Assembly: GCF_000143415.4 (NCBI RefSeq)
Contig: NW_003314264.1
Span: 1,745,710 to 1,809,709, forward strand
Reading direction: 5' to 3'
Source: Selaginella moellendorffii
Taxonomy: Eukaryota > Plantae > Lycopodiophyta
DNA: 64,000 bases
Part shown: positions 60,408 to 64,000 of the stretch, piece after piece
Layout: each line of letters begins with the position of its first letter
Position numbering within the stretch: the stretch's first letter is position 1
Notes under the pieces: generated by a model
What the model was told of the DNA's origin: nothing
Databases searched by the model: none
The model's input: the letters and a program-made list of their open reading frames with translations, nothing else
Position numbers and translations under genes: made by a program

Positions 60408-61630
60408 GTGAGTCCGGCCCTCCTGCGCGTACGCGTTCACCATGCTCGTCCCGGCGATGCTGTTCTTCTCCGCGATCCTGTCGTAGACCGTTGACGAAGC
60501 CGTTGCCGACGAGAACATCCAGCGTTTCATCGCTCTGGATGACGCACTGGAAGAGAGCTCGGCCCTCCGCCGCGTCTCCAAAGCACGCCTCGGCAGCGCA
60601 GGTGAAGGTGATCTTGTTGGGCCAGGTGCCGTCGAGCCTGAGCAGCCGGAAGACATGGAGGGCGGCGCGTTCCCGACGTACGCAGTGATCATGGCGTTCC
60701 ACGACTCGAATGTCCTCTCTGTCATCCGGTCGAAAACCGACTTCGCCTCTGGAAGCTGCAGGTTTTGTGAGTAGGCCGTGAGGATGTTGTTCCAGCAGAT
60801 GAAAGTGACTCGGGATGGAATCAAACATCTCCTTCGCCTCGGCCAAGTTCCTGCTCTGGGCGTATGCCGTGAGCAAGATGTTCCTCGAGAACACGTCCTT
60901 GACAGGTAAACTACATTTTTCTTCGCTCACGCATTGCTTCTGGGCGTACAGGAGATCATCGTGTTTCAAGTCACCGCGCTCTTCTCCGGAAGAGTTCCAA
61001 GTGTATGGATTCCTCTCGGCAAGCTTGGCCTCTTGGATCCCGCCGCTTTCGATCGCAGGTATTTGTCTAGCTTGCTCGTGTCTTCTTCCACAAGTTTTCT
61101 CTCTTTTTCCAGGAGGCCCAGAAGCTCTGGTATCACGATGAGGACGTTTGTGAGGTAACTCTCCGGACTTCGTGTAAGTGGCGGCATTTGCGTATGAGCG
61201 CCGCATATCTGTTCTCAACCTTTCTTTGGGCTTCTGCAGCAGAATCAACGCTGTGGACGGTCGAAGAAGAAAACGATCTTTCCAGACCCTGACTCGCAGT
61301 GAGCACATACAACCCTCTATATCTTTTCTTGCGTTTAAGGTACACTTACTAAGATCAACTAGAACTTAGATTTCCGAGGTCCTAGCAAATCTATCATAGT
61401 ACAGGTCCACAGAACACCATGTTTCCATTGATGTTTGTAATAAAGATGTTGAGGCACTTCGTTGGTATTCCAGCTACCATCTTCTTCTGCTCAGGAACTT
61501 CCTGTAACAATCTTCCCTTGCTTGTCGTTGCCAAGGTATGGATCCAGCGATATGCAACCCGATGAATCTGTCCCAGGGAAGGTTTTGCAGGCTGCCATGA
61601 GTTGCTGGGGAAAATTGTGCCATTCTATCT
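60408..61630 (-). pseudogene. Deletion-riddled duplicate of the 5' half and upstream flank of the PPR gene at 38417-40480
   Basis: Colinear with ~39456-40813 (shared NRYAALIRKCRHLHEVRRV, PVKDVFSRNILLTAYAQS, NSIAGTSMVNAYAQEGRT), with multiple frameshifting deletions. Confidence 0.9.
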
Positions 61631-64000
61631 TGGTGCATGTTGCGCTAAATCCGCCTCATTGATGAAGAATCACGCTTGAGTGGTTCGCTCCCTGCTGCTT
61701 TAGCACTTGATGTCCGCCAAGCATGTGGCTTGTTGCTACCAGGAATCACTTTTAGTTGCTGCAAACAAAAAAATAGGAGTCTCGCGTTGGGATGAAAAGT
61801 GGATGAAAAGTGTAGAAAACTAGCAAGACTATTAGTGCCATGCGCACTGCTCGATCACAGAGAAAATTTGCTGCAGTTCAGCATTCTTTGCATAACTGCA
61901 TAAAGACTAGTAATAGACAATGTTTGAATGTGTCGAAGCTTTCAATATACTTTTAACATTGGACATGGAGCTTTTTGTTTGATAGTTGTTTAGCAAAATA
62001 TTGCAAGTTTATTGTCCTCTGCAGGTTTCAGTGATGATAGATAGTGGTTCAAATACGTATTATAAACTCATCTCAAACTTCATTCCATACTTAGTTGGCT
62101 TTAAAATATTGAATTATGATGTTTGCGTTTTAAAGGCAAAACAGCTAGAATTCCATGTATAAGGATATTCATCAATTGAAGGGTTGTGATTTTCTGAAAT
62201 TAGGGTAAGGCTCTGTCTACAGTTATTGTTTAAAGTTGAATTAAGTGACACACTTTCACCTCAACTTTATTCTACGAGTAAGTTTGTCCCAAACGGATAA
62301 TTTTTATAGCCAAGTTTAAGAGTTTTAAAAGTGGATTTAAAAGCTATTGTCCCAATCTTCAAATAGTTTAAGGTGAGAATCTTTTTGCTACAATCAACTT
62401 TAAATCCATTAAATCCTCTCCCAAAATTTATTGCTTGGGAAACAAAACCAAATATATTAGTGTCATTCCATCTTTAATGCTTAGTGGATTATCTCGAGAA
62501 CTCCACAAACAAGAAGTTTGGGCTTTTTAGAAGATTTTATAAGAGCCAGTTTACATGTGTTCAACTCTTGGAGTAAACTTCCCTCCTAGAGTAAACTTTA
62601 CTTCAAATTATATATGTTTATATCATCTTTAAATTTCAGCTATGCAAAACATTAATATAATATGACTTGTCATAACCAATTAGGGAATAACTCTTGGTGT
62701 GGCCAAGATCAACAAGAGAAAGCTCCTCATGGTTAGATTGTAAATTATCATTACACTTATGGAAGTAAGTGCAACTCTAGTTGCTTTCTTTCTAGGAGAA
62801 GAGTAGAGAATATGATGCAAAGGTCTAGCTTTTTCACGCTCTATTGTGAGATATTCTCCATGTTCTTGTTCTTGAAAATCTTGCTCTAGCACTCTTTGCA
62901 ACTCATATGATCAATATAAGAAAATTAGTGAGACAGAAACTAGGAGATTTCTCTATCAAGCCTAAATCTCTTTATTGGTGGTACCAAATGGAAATAGAGG
63001 TTTTGAAAATTGGTCTTATGCAATTCCAAGAAGTGTTTTACATTTTTATAAGGACTTTGATATACTTTTGTGACTTATTAGGAGATGATTTAAAGACTTC
63101 ACCTCCAACCAATCTTAATAATATTCCAATAAAGGCTTATTCCAATATTTAAGTAGATTCTAGTTTCTTTGAAGAGGTTGGTGATATGTGATTATTGACA
63201 AACTATTGGAGATAGTTTTGGGAAGGCATCATCTATTGTTTGAAGAAGTTCTCTATTACTTTGATCTACTGTTGCGAATGTTATAAAAAATGAAGGATCA
63301 ATTACAAAAATCATTTTCTCCTCTTCGAGGGATGATTTAGCAATGAAGGGTGACTCATTGCTCATGTTTATATCATGCAATTAAAGTTTCTATTTTGATG
63401 TATATTGATTATGATGGTCTTATAAGTGGTAAGTTGTGAGATGGAAAGCAGTGAAGTGTTAAACCATTTTACTTAGACTTGCTATTAAAGACTTGGGTTA
63501 TAATGCTTAATTCTTTTTTAGAGAACTTTGTTATTGCACCTTAAGTAGTTTGGTATTAAATTAATTTTGAATTTGGACGGAAATAGAGTGACATGAGCTT
63601 GTCTACATTGTGAATGAAGTTAGTAGTGTTAAGTGTCATAAATCACTATCGATGGGGTGTGGCATTTATATTGCATTTTGTTGAATTGAGTTGGCACTTG
63701 ATACTTATATAAACCTTTATACTAGTGATATAAATGTTATTTATGGTGTTGCTCGATTAATGATCAAATCATTGTGATTTTTATATCATTTCCTAATGAT
63801 CATGAGTAATGTGTTTACAAAGTTGTTTAGTTAAACAATGATCAACCCCAAAGTGGTTAATGATGAAATAAGTCTACTTACATGTAATAGCAGTGAAGTA
63901 GTTTTGGTTAAGTTCTCGATGATAATCCATTATGCTAAGCTTAAATTGGTGCTTTAGTTTCCTTGAGAGTTTGCCCATTGAATGTTGAAAAAGGTTATAG

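Noticed and set aside
62400-63400. Minus-strand ORF fragments (62680, 63192)
   Set aside because: Probably a decayed coding relic, but stop-ridden and unidentifiable by eye.

Overview
This is eukaryotic land-plant nuclear DNA. The ~50-60 nt introns, very tight gene packing, PLS-PPR and GRAS duplications and a Tcn1-like chromovirus suggest a lycophyte such as Selaginella (inference only). 1-11 kb: one plastid SET-domain methyltransferase gene in AT-rich, largely non-coding DNA. 11-40.5 kb: a gene-dense block with At2g02148-like, XBAT35-like, DUF616, an eIF4B-motif/zinc-knuckle gene, CARNMT1-like, CstF-50, a coiled-coil orphan, an NSR-type RRM gene, a small TM protein, ClpP5, two GRAS genes, an sn-2 GPAT, PSF2 and a PLS-E PPR. 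41-64 kb: an accessory, transposon-rich island. Its most unusual content is a head-to-head cluster of three Fic/Fido-domain (AMPylase-type) genes from two distinct lineages: one intronless with an intact HxFxDGNGRxxR motif, and two intron-bearing tandem copies decayed by C-to-T changes. A 44-bp perfect inverted repeat brackets the cluster. The island also holds a degenerate Gypsy remnant, a young full-length chromovirus (self-priming PBS, G_GGA_AAC -1 frameshift, one gag nonsense codon), an orphan pseudogene and two PPR pseudogenes. All exon structures were deduced by eye; no database searches were run.
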